From the NCBI RefSeq assembly GCF_006345805.1, contig NC_043001.1, forward strand, positions 106,454,001 to 106,518,000: a stretch of 64,000 bases of DNA, given 5' to 3'. The stretch's first letter is position 1. Each line of letters begins with the position of its first letter. Below are positions 53,179-64,000 of the stretch, one piece after another. The DNA comes from Octopus sinensis (lineage: Eukaryota). The notes under the pieces were generated by a model. The model was given only the letters and a program-made list of their open reading frames with translations. It did no database searches and was not told where the DNA came from. The translations under genes and the position numbers were made by a program.

Positions 53179-54803
53179 CGATTGAGGACCCTTATCAACA
53201 GAGTCAATTATTTGCCGAGGCTTTTTCAACTATTTTCAAACAAGATGATGGTCGTGAACCCCCTCCATTTGATAGATCGGTACCTCCAATGCTTCGATTG
53301 GTCATCACGCGGGACGAAGTCAAACGTGTTATTCAAGGCCTCGATGTCAACAAGGGTCACGGCCCTGACGGCATACACCCACGGGTTATCAAAGCGTTGG
53401 CTCCGGTCATCTGCCAGCCCTTAACACGTCTATGCAATATGTCATTGGCGACGGGTGTTATATCTGCGGACTGGAGAACAGCGATAATCTGCCCACTTTT
53501 CAAGAAAGGGAGCCGCGAAGACCCGCTTAACTACCGACCGGTTTCCCTTACATCAATAATCAGCAAGATGTTCGAAACCATCCTTAAGAAAAGTATGATG
53601 CTCCACCTCCAAAACACAGCCTCTATCTCTGATTCCCAACACGGCTTCGTGCCGAAGAGATCATGCTTGACCAACTTACTGGTAATGGAAGAATTGGTGA
53701 CGCGCATCCTCGATGATAGTGATGCTGTTGACATCGTTTTATTGGACTTTGCCAAAGCTTTTGACTCGGTAAACCACCGCCTATTACTTGTTAAGCTTCA
53801 AGCATATACTTTCCATCCTGATATTGTACAATGGGTTGGTGCCTTCCTCTCAGATCACTCCTTCCAAGTCCAAGTTAATGGTTCCCGGTCCGACGTCTCC
53901 AGTGCGAGCAGTGGCGTACCTCAAGGTTCAGTGCTTGGACCCTTGTTGTTCTTAGTCTTCATAAATGACTTGCCCGACGACCTCACGCAACACACCCTTC
54001 TATTTGCCGACGATATCAAACTGGTCGCTCCTCGCGGTGATATAGAGGATCTTCGTCGATGCCTCCACCAAATTTGGAAGTGGTCTAACGAATGGGACCT
54101 GTGTCTGAACGTGTCAAAGTGCTGGCATCTGCCTGTTGGCTCTCCTCCTGCAACTCAACTTGATTTCGAGCCGGGTCGTCTGCTGCTGGAGAGGACCGAT
54201 CAGGTAAAGGACCTGGGTATCTTGGTGGATTCCTCCTTTTCGCCTTCGGCCCAGTGCGTCCATCCTGCCAACAAAGCACGCGGAATTCTGTTCTTGATTC
54301 GACGGTCATTCGGAATGCTCACAGCAGCCATATTCCTACCACTCTATGTCACGCTGGTGAGACCCATATTGGAGTACGGGATTCAAGCCTCTTCTCCTTA
54401 TCTCCTCAAAGACATACAGCATCTCGAAAGAGTCCAGAAGCTGGCTACCCGCATGGTTCATGGTCTCAAAAATTTGTCCTATGAAGAAAGGCTGAGGACG
54501 CTCGACCTTTATTCTCTTAAAAAACGCCGCCGCCGTGGTGATCTCATTCTCGCCCAGAACATCATAAGCGGAAAGTGTAACCTCTCGAAAGAGCTGTTCT
54601 TCACTCCTGCTCCAGAGCGTCGGCTGCGGGGTCATTCCGAAAAGCTCTACCTGCGACGATTTCATCTCAATCGAAGGAGAGGAGCTTTCTCCGTCCGGGT
54701 TGCGGATCCGTGGAACAAGCTGCCAGACGAGATGGTGAAGATGCCGACGACCGCTTTGTTCAAAGCCTCCCTTGACCTCAAGTGGCCTGAACTCTTTACA
54801 TGA
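52764..54803 (+). CDS. Reverse transcriptase ORF; RT part starts about 53180, the HTYI-repeat N-terminus is microsatellite
   Basis: Same RT motifs as 34793-36448, with no stops or frameshifts. Confidence 0.85.
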   Translation: MHAYIHTYIHTYIHTYIHAYIHTYMHTYMHTYILTCIHTCIHTYMHTYIHTCIHTYIHTYIHACMHAYIHTYMHTYIHTYIHTYIHTCMHACIHTCIHTCIHTYIHTYLHTYIHTCIHTYIHTYMHACMHAYIHTYIHTIEDPYQQSQLFAEAFSTIFKQDDGREPPPFDRSVPPMLRLVITRDEVKRVIQGLDVNKGHGPDGIHPRVIKALAPVICQPLTRLCNMSLATGVISADWRTAIICPLFKKGSREDPLNYRPVSLTSIISKMFETILKKSMMLHLQNTASISDSQHGFVPKRSCLTNLLVMEELVTRILDDSDAVDIVLLDFAKAFDSVNHRLLLVKLQAYTFHPDIVQWVGAFLSDHSFQVQVNGSRSDVSSASSGVPQGSVLGPLLFLVFINDLPDDLTQHTLLFADDIKLVAPRGDIEDLRRCLHQIWKWSNEWDLCLNVSKCWHLPVGSPPATQLDFEPGRLLLERTDQVKDLGILVDSSFSPSAQCVHPANKARGILFLIRRSFGMLTAAIFLPLYVTLVRPILEYGIQASSPYLLKDIQHLERVQKLATRMVHGLKNLSYEERLRTLDLYSLKKRRRRGDLILAQNIISGKCNLSKELFFTPAPERRLRGHSEKLYLRRFHLNRRRGAFSVRVADPWNKLPDEMVKMPTTALFKASLDLKWPELFT

Positions 54804-54883
54804 ACACCACCCTGTACTTAACTCCATGTCCCCCTACATGGCCTTGCTATTTGCTTTTGAGCCAAACTAACTAACTAACTAAC
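53179..54883 (+). mobile_element. CR1/Jockey-type LINE copy 2, 5'-truncated, inside a (TACA)n tract
   Basis: Roughly 97-98% identical to copy 1 by eye; same 3' UTR and (TAAC)n tail; (TACA)n on both sides. Confidence 0.92.
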
Positions 54884-55135
54884 ATACATGCATGCATGCA
54901 TGCATACATACATACATACATACATACATACATGCATACATACATACATGCATACATACATACATATATACATGCATGCATACATACATGCATACATACG
55001 TACATACATACATGCATACATACATGCATGCATACATACATACATGCATACATACATACATACATGCATACATGCATACATACATACATACATACATACA
55101 TACATACATACATACATACATACATACATACATAC
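54884..55135. repeat. (TACA)n/(TGCA)n microsatellite, 3' flank of LINE copy 2
   Basis: Direct inspection. Confidence 0.95.
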
Positions 55136-55989
55136 AAAAATACCCTGTTGTTGATGAAGGAGCCTTGTATCTAGGTTAGAAACCGGCTCTTTCTCTATTG
55201 GCAAGAAATTTTGAAATGAACTGGATAATGACATACCTAAGCACGTACATATGGACATATATACATAGATAAAAATATATCTACATATACATACATACAT
55301 ACATACATACATACATACATACATACATACATACATACATACATACATACGCATTTACGTACGTACATATGGATGCACGTCTTTTTGCACAGTTTTCTGA
55401 GTGGTGAATAAACTTGTTGACTCTTAAATAAATCGAGAAACGAAAGAACGTAAAAACCAGGAGCAAAATGGTTGACTTCTTTTACGTATTTTATGAATAT
55501 AATTAGCAAGAGAAAATGAACAAGAGTGGAAACAGTGCTATTATTCAGTGAGATAACTGAGCTATCTAACAGATGGGGGGAACTTATCTTCTACTTAATA
55601 AAATAAAGTGATTTAGGGAGATAAGACTTATTAACACCAACACCTGCAAATTTTCGCTTTAATTAATATAGCAGCAACAGCAGCAGCAGCGTCAACTGTC
55701 AACAGTAATAACGACATTAGTGACGTCATCAGCATCTTTAGTAGGAGGATGAGGAGGGTGGTTGAAAGGAATATTGTGATCGTGAAGGTGGTGGTGGTGG
55801 TGGTGGTGATGGAGGTGGGAGATGATTCGCTGAAAATAGTTTGATTTTATGATAATTAGATTGATTTATAGAATTGTTAGAATTATGAGCAGAAAGTATT
55901 TGCAGCGGCTCTCTGAGTTCAAATTCTGCCCTGGCCAATTTCGCTATCCACTCATGTGGGATCCAAAGAGTTCCATTCTAGGGATCACT

Positions 55990-56096
<107 letters not shown>

Positions 56097-56346
56097 ACCA
56101 CACACACACACACACACTGAACTTTACATGGCTCAAGTGAAATAGGCTCCGCAAAGTTTAAAATATCCAAAACACGCCCTATTTCACAACAGTGCATGAA
56201 CGACCTCCGTCAAGCGTGGAGAGCCCAATACTTTTTGTGCTGCTTTTGTTTAGCCCTCGGTCAGTCTTTATTCAATATACTTAAGATACATAGGAGATCG
56301 TTCAAACTATTGCATACAATGCAATCTAGAGTTTCAGACCATCACC

Positions 56347-56495
56347 AAGCAGGTGTCGCTAAGTGATAAAAAGCTTGCTTCCCAGTGATGTGGTCTTACG
56401 TTCAGCTCCGTTGCGTGGCACATAGGGTAGGTGTCTTCCACTAAAGGCTGCGCAGACCAAAGCCATGTGAGTGAATTTTGTAGACGGAAACGTTA
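56347..56495 (+). mobile_element. SINE family B (diverged)
   Basis: GTTCAGCTCCGTTGCGTGGCACATAGGGTAGGTGTCTTCC. Confidence 0.7.
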
Positions 56496-56573
56496 AAAAG
56501 CTTATGGTATGTGTGTTTGTGTGTGTGTATGTGTGTGTGTGAGTGTGTGTATGTGTGTGTGTGCTTGTGTGAG

Positions 56574-56612
<39 letters not shown>

Positions 56613-56809
56613 CTTTGCGTTCATTCGGCTATTCCACGAGTCTAAGAGAGGCTCCGTTAGGTGCCTGCGAAACTTGAAGTAGCACAGAACCCGACTCATA
56701 CTGTTTTGAATAATACATGTAACTCTTAATCAATGTGTTCAGTGCCCTTTTTTTCGTTTGTCCACTCACTCATGTATGTGTGTGTGTGTATGTGTGTGTA
56801 CGTAGTCTA

Positions 56810-56930
56810 AAAATCCACTTACAAGGCTTTAATCGGCCCGAGGCTATAGTAGAAGACTCTTGTCCTACGTGCCACGCAGTGGGACTGAACTCGGAATCAT
56901 GTAGGTGGGAAACAACTAACCATGCCTGGA
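56810..56930 (-). mobile_element. SINE family B
   Basis: Reverse-complement match to family B. Confidence 0.8.
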
Positions 56931-57475
56931 GACTTCTTTTTTTCCAGTGAAACAGAAACCAAGTGATTTTTCTGTCGTACGGAGCACTGTGGAGTAACAG
57001 GCAACTTGTCGTCAGCCACAAGGGCGCGATCCTGCTTCAATACTTTCCGAAAGAAGTACAGTTATGATGATTTAATAATCATATTGATATATGAGTCTGA
57101 AAACAAAGAGCACTTTCACCTTTACTACATGACAAAAACATGTGGAATATCAGATGCAAACAGTTACAAAGCGGAGAAAAAAATTTCTCCACCAAATATT
57201 GCACTCGTGTTTTTCAAAATATTATTTAAATAATAGTAAACAATAACATTGAAGACCAGAGAAAAGATATTAATCATATTTTAAAATAAATTAGAATAGA
57301 AATCTTAAGAGACTTGTGGATATTCCTAAGCGTACTGCAGAGGAATGATAAACAAAAGTGAACAGTGAAAAAACAAAAAAAAAATTTCCTTTGTTCACTA
57401 AATTGGTGCGGTTCATACATATTTCTGAGTATGTGCGTATGTTTATCTGCTATATACAAAGACACATATATACGC

Positions 57476-57593
<118 letters not shown>

Positions 57594-58488
57594 GTGCTAT
57601 TGTCACGTGTATGTGTGTGTGTGTATAAACACTTTAATGTAGAAAATAATAAATGCAAAAATAATGAAAGAATTCTTCATACTGAAAATAGCGTGTCAAA
57701 TTTATTTCGTTGCTAAAAATTGTAACCACATGTCTTTGAATTCCACATCTCAGATCTTAGAATTTAAAGTCACGAAACTTGAAGCTTCAACCTTGATATA
57801 CATGTACATGCGCCTATAGATATATGTATACATACGTACATACATAAATGCACACATACATACATACATACATACATACATACATACATACATACATACA
57901 TACATACATACATACATTTTTGTATATATATATATGCATTTTGGTATATTTCCTCGCACACACAAACACACAGAGACAGAAACGCACTGCCTCACACACA
58001 CACACACACGCACATATATATATATATATATATAACCCACAAAGAATATTTATTCTCCAGTGTGGTGAAGAGCTGTCATTCTCACTGTTCCACATTGGCC
58101 TGTGTGTGTATGTGTGTGTGTTTGCTTGTGTGTCTGTGTCTGTGTCTGTTTGTGAGTGGGTGGACGTATGGGTGCGTATGTGCCTGTGGGTCTGTATACA
58201 TGCAAGTATCGAACAGTGAGTATGAGTGCTCAACACCGTATTGGTGGATAAATATTCTTTATTTGTGGGTTAAGAAGGAAACTAAATTGAACAATTGTAA
58301 AGAATATTTGCATGAAACCGTTGGTTACTTTGTTAACCCGTACATATATCCTTTAACAGCTGTTAACACAAAAACATTTCATTTGTTTTGAATTTAGCCC
58401 ATTAGAAATAATGAGGGGAACCAGACTAATTTTTGAACAAAAGAAATTTATCCTAGAATGTTAATGCATGTCTGAAAACGCAGTCGAA

Positions 58489-58712
58489 ATGCAGAAACGT
58501 TAACACGCCGGGCGAAATGCTTAGCAGTATTTCGTCTGCCGTTACGTTCTGAGTTCAAATTCCGCCGAGGTCGACTTTGCCTTTCATCCTTTCGGGGTCG
58601 ATAAATTAAGTACCAGTTATGCACTGGGGTCGATGTAATCGACTTAATTCCTTTGTCTGTTCTTGTTTGTCCCCTCTTTTGTTTAGCCTCTTGTGAGCAA
58701 TAAAGAAATAAA
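58489..58712 (+). mobile_element. SINE family A (tail 1)
   Basis: Core and tail 1. Confidence 0.9.
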
Positions 58713-59493
58713 GAGTTGATGGATTGAGAGCTGTCAGTGTGTGGGAATGCGAACAAATAACGAACCAAATATTTCTGAATGTTAACAATTCCACCATATT
58801 GTGTTATCAGCAGTGCCCTGACAATAACTCTCACCAGACTGATAACAGGCATGCATAAAATAATTAAATTCTCCCTGTAGATTCTTTAAACTTTGAAAAT
58901 GAAATGTATTTTAATAGACACTGACTTAACATTTCAATACATATGTGTGTGTATGTATATGTATATATGAATGTGTGTGTGTATGTATGTATGTATGTAT
59001 GTGTGTATGTATGTATGTATGTATGTATGTATGCATGCATGTATGTATGTATGTATGTATGTATGTATGTATTATATGGAAATATCAATAAAAGTTTTCA
59101 TTATCATTCTTCTGCGAAAACAGGTTCCTAGCAAAGATTAATTGCAGTTTTGTTCGAAGATTTTTCTTTCCAGAATTTTTATGAGGATTTGTCAATGAAG
59201 AAACCATTTTAAAAATAAGATGACGCAAATGAAGTTTGACTGTAAAATAGTAATAGATTTAGAGTTCGAGTAAAATTGATTATTAGTAAATCATTTTCCA
59301 GTGAAACTGTTTCCGTATGATACGAAATATCTTTCATAACACATTCTCACAATAAACTGGAACTACAGCTATTCAAACCAAATACTTGTTATTGACTTTA
59401 TTTTTGAAATGGGATATTTTAAATACATGCGAGTGTGAGATATCTCCGACTATAGGTACATACGATAGGGATTTCCAGTTCAAAGCATTGTTT

Positions 59494-59920
59494 AATTATT
59501 TACGGTAGTAAGGCGGCGAGCTGGCAGAAACGTTAGCATGCTGGGCGAAATGTTTAGCGGTACTTCGTCTGCCGTTACGTTCTGAGTTCAAATTTCGCCG
59601 AGGTCGACTTTGCCTTTCATCCTTTCGGAGTCGATAAATTAAGTACCAGTTACGCACTGGGGTCGATATAATCGACTAATCCCTTTGTCTGTCCTTGTTT
59701 GTCTCCTCTGTGTGTAGCCCCTTGTGGGCAGTAAAGAAATAGACATTTCGTCTGCTGCTGCGTTCTGAGTTCAAATTCCGCCAAGGTCGACTTTGCCTTT
59801 CATCCTTTCGGGTCGATAAATTATGTACCAGTTACGCACTGGGGAGGATCTAATCGACTGGCCCACTACCCAAAAATTTCGGGCCTTGTGCCTAGAGTAG
59901 AAATGAATTATTTACAGCAG
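59494..59920 (+). mobile_element. SINE family A dimer within one TSD
   Basis: AATTATTTACGGTAG (59494) and AATTATTTACAGCAG (59906) flank head-core-tail1-core-tail2. Confidence 0.88.
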
Positions 59921-62129
59921 TGATTATCAAATTCGTACGAAACGAAAGCATCCACGAAATACATTTCAGTTTTTGTGTAAGACCGACTCCTGAAAGGTTT
60001 CGTCATTAAAGACTGCGGGAAACTGTGCTTAAACATTATTGAATGTTGTAAGTAAATCATGAAATATGCTAATGTTTAAAATATTGATTTGTTCACAAAA
60101 AGCAACATGAACTAATTTTGATTATTTGTTTTGACATTCGTGGTTCAATCACATTAAGATATTTCAATGAAACTCCGTTTCAAGCGCACTACTCTTTGAA
60201 ATACGGTAAGTTACTAATTTCCTTTTGTCAAAAAACGTAATTGTCAATTATAGTCAATTATGTGTATCACGTACTTTGCAATTTAGTACATTTATTAAGG
60301 TGTTCACATTTGCATTTGGTAGGACAGAAATTGTAAGAGGTTTAAGCATTCTTTGAACTAATAATATTGATTTTAATCTGTTCATCGACGACTCTCCCTC
60401 CTAAACAGTTTGGTAATGTTTCTGTTCATTTATTATCCATCAGTTTTGTAAGATTAGCCGCTCGTCAGGCTGAGAAAAATAAACTGTCAAGGTATCAGTG
60501 ACATAAACCTCTCTGACAGGTTTATGACGAACGTGTGGCAGTGGAGACTTTCTGCATTCTTGGTGCCCCCGGACCAAATCCCTGCTCACCGCTATCGGGG
60601 TGGAGATAGCTATCCACAAGTACAAGCCCCATGAGTCGGAGTACCTGTCCCAGTGCCATCCTCCGGGGCAGCGCCTTTTCCATTTTGTTTGCTGACACTA
60701 TAAGGCAGTCTGAATTACAGAAAGTGGTACATCCCACTCCTTAATGTAAAGTTACTCCGTATCATGCCTTGCGCTTCATAAAAAGCAACGAGCCTTCACG
60801 TTCCATCGACGTTCAATGAATGGTTGTGGTAGTATTTTGATTGTTTTATTTTATTTATTTAGCAATAAAACAAGTCGAAGAATTGAGGATACGCGCAAAA
60901 ATATTTAAAGAAAGGTTTTGCATAGGTAACAGATTGCACCGTACAAAATGCCATACTTTACAAATATACGAATACCTCAGCTGTATCTTCTACATCTTCT
61001 GTTGTGTGCATTTTCCAAGGGTTTCTGACGATGTACAGAATATAGCTGAACATTATCATTGGTATTAAATTTGGAGAGAAATCACCAGAAATGTTACTTA
61101 CAAGCAAATGGCAAAACGTTTTTCTCTTTTGCAATTTGCATGATCCGAAGATTTTTAGACTGTGTTGATGCTTTAGAAAGAAAATGTCAAGAATGGAGAC
61201 TTCAGCTTTTCGTACATAAGACAGCTTTGAGAAAGATGGAGTTTGGAAACTATAGCAACATCAGAAACAGTATTAGGAATCTTCTTTTTTTTTTTTTTTT
61301 TGAAATATTCCAAACAACACTTCCTTGCACAGAAATAAAAGTCACCAGAAAAATCCATTTGACGCAGCTATTGATTGATACGTCATTTTTAATGAGCCGA
61401 AGATACCATCTTTTGCAGTTGAACTTTGATCGGGTGTGGAAACTAAAAATCTTCATTATCATTGTTAATGTTAAATAAGATGATCAAATTGGAAAAATTT
61501 GATTTTTGAAGATTTGAAAATTCTCGCCTGATTTTCTAACACATACTTTCAAACAAAATATTCTCATTAATGATTCAATGGAAAAGGCAAGCAATCTGTG
61601 GAGAGGTGCATTCTCTTCGCTTTTGCTACAAAGAACAACTTCATAAATCCAACTGCAAAACTAAACGCTACATACAGCCGGGAGTTTCATGTCATATGAT
61701 TGATGTAAGATGAAATTATTTATGGCATCGGAAACGCTTCAAACTGAATCTGTTATTCTATTATGAAATATAGTATTTTCCATAAAAAGAAAATAAAAAT
61801 ATGTCTATGCATATATTCTGTCTCCTGTACAGATTAGGATGTTTTTCTATGTCTCTTTGTATTACTTGGGGTTCTTATCCAAAGATGGTTAAACTGCATT
61901 TAGGGGATTCAATAGCATATAACATTAACACAAGAAGAATTATTCCAATTTTGTTGCTTTCACTGTTTATTTTCAGGCCAAAGAAATTCCAGCCATAAAC
62001 ATCTCGTCTGTTTTAAGTATATTTGGGAATGTACTGTGTATATAATGTGTTTTTGCCTTGTTTAAGAGGATATGGCGTTGTCTGAGTCAGACATCGATGC
62101 TCTTTTTTAGCAGGCTGATCAAAACAGAA

Positions 62130-62565
62130 GTGATCTGTGCGTTTGTGTGCGTGTGTGTCTGAGGGAGGCGTATATTCGTATGTGCGTGTGTGCCTGTGCG
62201 TGTATTCCTCTGTGTGTGTGTGTGTGCCTGTGCGTGTATTCCTCTGTGTGTGTGTGTGTGTGTGTGTGCGTGCGTGCGTGTGTGTGCCTATGTGTGTATT
62301 CGTGTGTGTGTGTGTGTGTGTGCCTGTGCGTGTATTCCTCTGTGTGTGTGTGTGTTTGTGTGTTTGTCTGTGCGAGTGTGCGTGCGTGTGTGTGTGCCTG
62401 TGTGTTTATTCGTGTATGTGTTCGCATGTGTCTTCATGCGTGCATGTATATGCTTGTGTGCCTTTGTGTGTGTCTGTGTGCGTTCGTGTGTATCTGTGCG
62501 TGCATGTATTTGCGTGTGTGACCGTGTGCGTATGTGTGCGTGCGTGTATATGTATGTGTCTTTGT

Positions 62566-62598
<33 letters not shown>

Positions 62599-63130
62599 CG
62601 TGTGCCTGTGTGTGTGTGTACGTGTGCCTGTATATGTGTGTCTGTATTTGTGTGTGCGTGCGTGCGTGTGTGTGTGCCTGTGTGTTTATTCGTGTATGTG
62701 TTCGCATGTGTCTTCATGCGTGCATGTATATGCTTGTGTGCCTTTGTGTGTGTCTGTGTGCGTTCGTGTGTATCTGTGCGTGCATGTATTTGCGTGTGTG
62801 ACCGTGTGCGTATGTGTGCGTGCGTGTATATGTATGTGTCTTTGTGTGTGTTTGTGTGTGTGTGTGTTTGTGTGTGCGTGCGTAGTGTGGCGGTGCATGT
62901 ATTCGTGTGTGTGTGCGCGTGTGTATGTGTGCGTGTATATGTGGGTGTCTTTTTGTGTGTTTGTGTGTTTGTCTGTGCGAGTGTGCGTGCGTGTGTGTGC
63001 CTATGTGTGTATTCGTGTGTGTGTGTGTATTTTTATGTGCGTGCTTCTGTGTGAGTCTGTGGGTGTGTGTGTGCGAGTGCGTGCAGCGCGCGCGAGTTTG
63101 CATGTGTGTGTGTATGTGTGTGCGTGTGTG
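62130..63130. repeat. About 1 kb degenerate (GT)n tract with internal higher-order duplications
   Basis: About 200 bp repeated at 280-bp offset; explains the 305-aa and 223-aa CV-rich ORFs. Confidence 0.9.
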
Positions 63131-64000
63131 TTCTTCCATCTTTATAGCCACGTTATAGCTCCTGCTTGCTTCTTTCTTCTGCTTTATTATTCTGTAGATC
63201 TCTAGAATCGACAAACTTGTTGATTATGAATTGATTTTACCGCATAGAGCAGATTTTACGAAAACTAAGGTCAAGGAAAGCATTTCCAATGTAATTCTAA
63301 TTTTCTTTTCAATGCTTGAAGCCCAGACAAATATATGCAAGATATTATGCAACAAGATTTGAACGTATCATTTGAATAAGTTAGCAGAATTTTGAAATTT
63401 GTTTTCCATTAACATCATAGAGAATATTTACACTGAATGGCGAACAGTTAGTGTATGTTTACCTTGACAAACAACGCTAAAGACGTGTGTTCTCGGTAAT
63501 GTCTCCAACCGTGTTACTATATTCTCTATTATTTCTTTATACTGTTAATAACAATTCTGCACGTTATTTTTATTATTATTCCATTTCTAGTAAAATATTA
63601 CATCATCATACAAAACTATTGCATTAATCGCACAGTTGCTAGCATCGCCACCACTATCATAACCATGACTGCCAAATTGGCAACAATCCAGGTTTTATAC
63701 GCTACAAGAAGGGAGTTTTTGAATCTCTACATGAACTGTAACCAAAGAATTCAAATGGAAATAGTACAAATGTTGAAGCCTACATTAAAATTCACATGAT
63801 GTACGAATATATTGGAATCACTCCAACCATCACATTACATTGCAACTAATTTCCTTTGCAACATATTGTAGTTATACTTCCTAACGAACGTTCCTTTCAT
63901 TGTAATGATGCAATCATTCAATTATAATTTCCTATGCAGAAATATTTGAAATACAACATACTGGGAAAAAAAATAATGATGTAAATCTTACAAATTTTAA

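Noticed and set aside
56930-57096. Strong minus-strand acceptor (ctctttgttttcag) as a coding exon
   Set aside because: All three frames hit stops within 12 codons; at best a UTR or terminal exon.

Overview
Eukaryotic, AT-rich, microsatellite-dense DNA made almost entirely of repeats and intron-like or intergenic sequence. The SINE families and microsatellite load suggest an octopus (cephalopod) genome; this is pattern recognition, not a database match. No host gene can be named. The only long intact ORFs are two ~1.7-kb 5'-truncated CR1/Jockey-type LINE reverse-transcriptase copies (34.8-36.5 kb and 53.2-54.9 kb). Other elements: four decayed R4/Dong-like RLE LINE pieces, a Penelope-like element, a decayed Ty3/Gypsy element with a nested 183-bp mini-LTR insertion, several Tc1/mariner relics and over 20 SINE copies. 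The best leads are: (1) an apparent two-donor templated insertion splitting LINE copy 1; (2) a small element combining a tRNA-like Pol III head, an (AAT)n spacer, a minimal type-I hammerhead ribozyme and an inverted tail; (3) SINE multimers sharing one fixed junction at independent loci; (4) the mini-LTR element with PBS and 5-bp TSD; (5) a weak two-exon model for a small secreted Cys-containing protein. Almost all ORF-track entries are translations of simple repeats. All alignments were done by eye.
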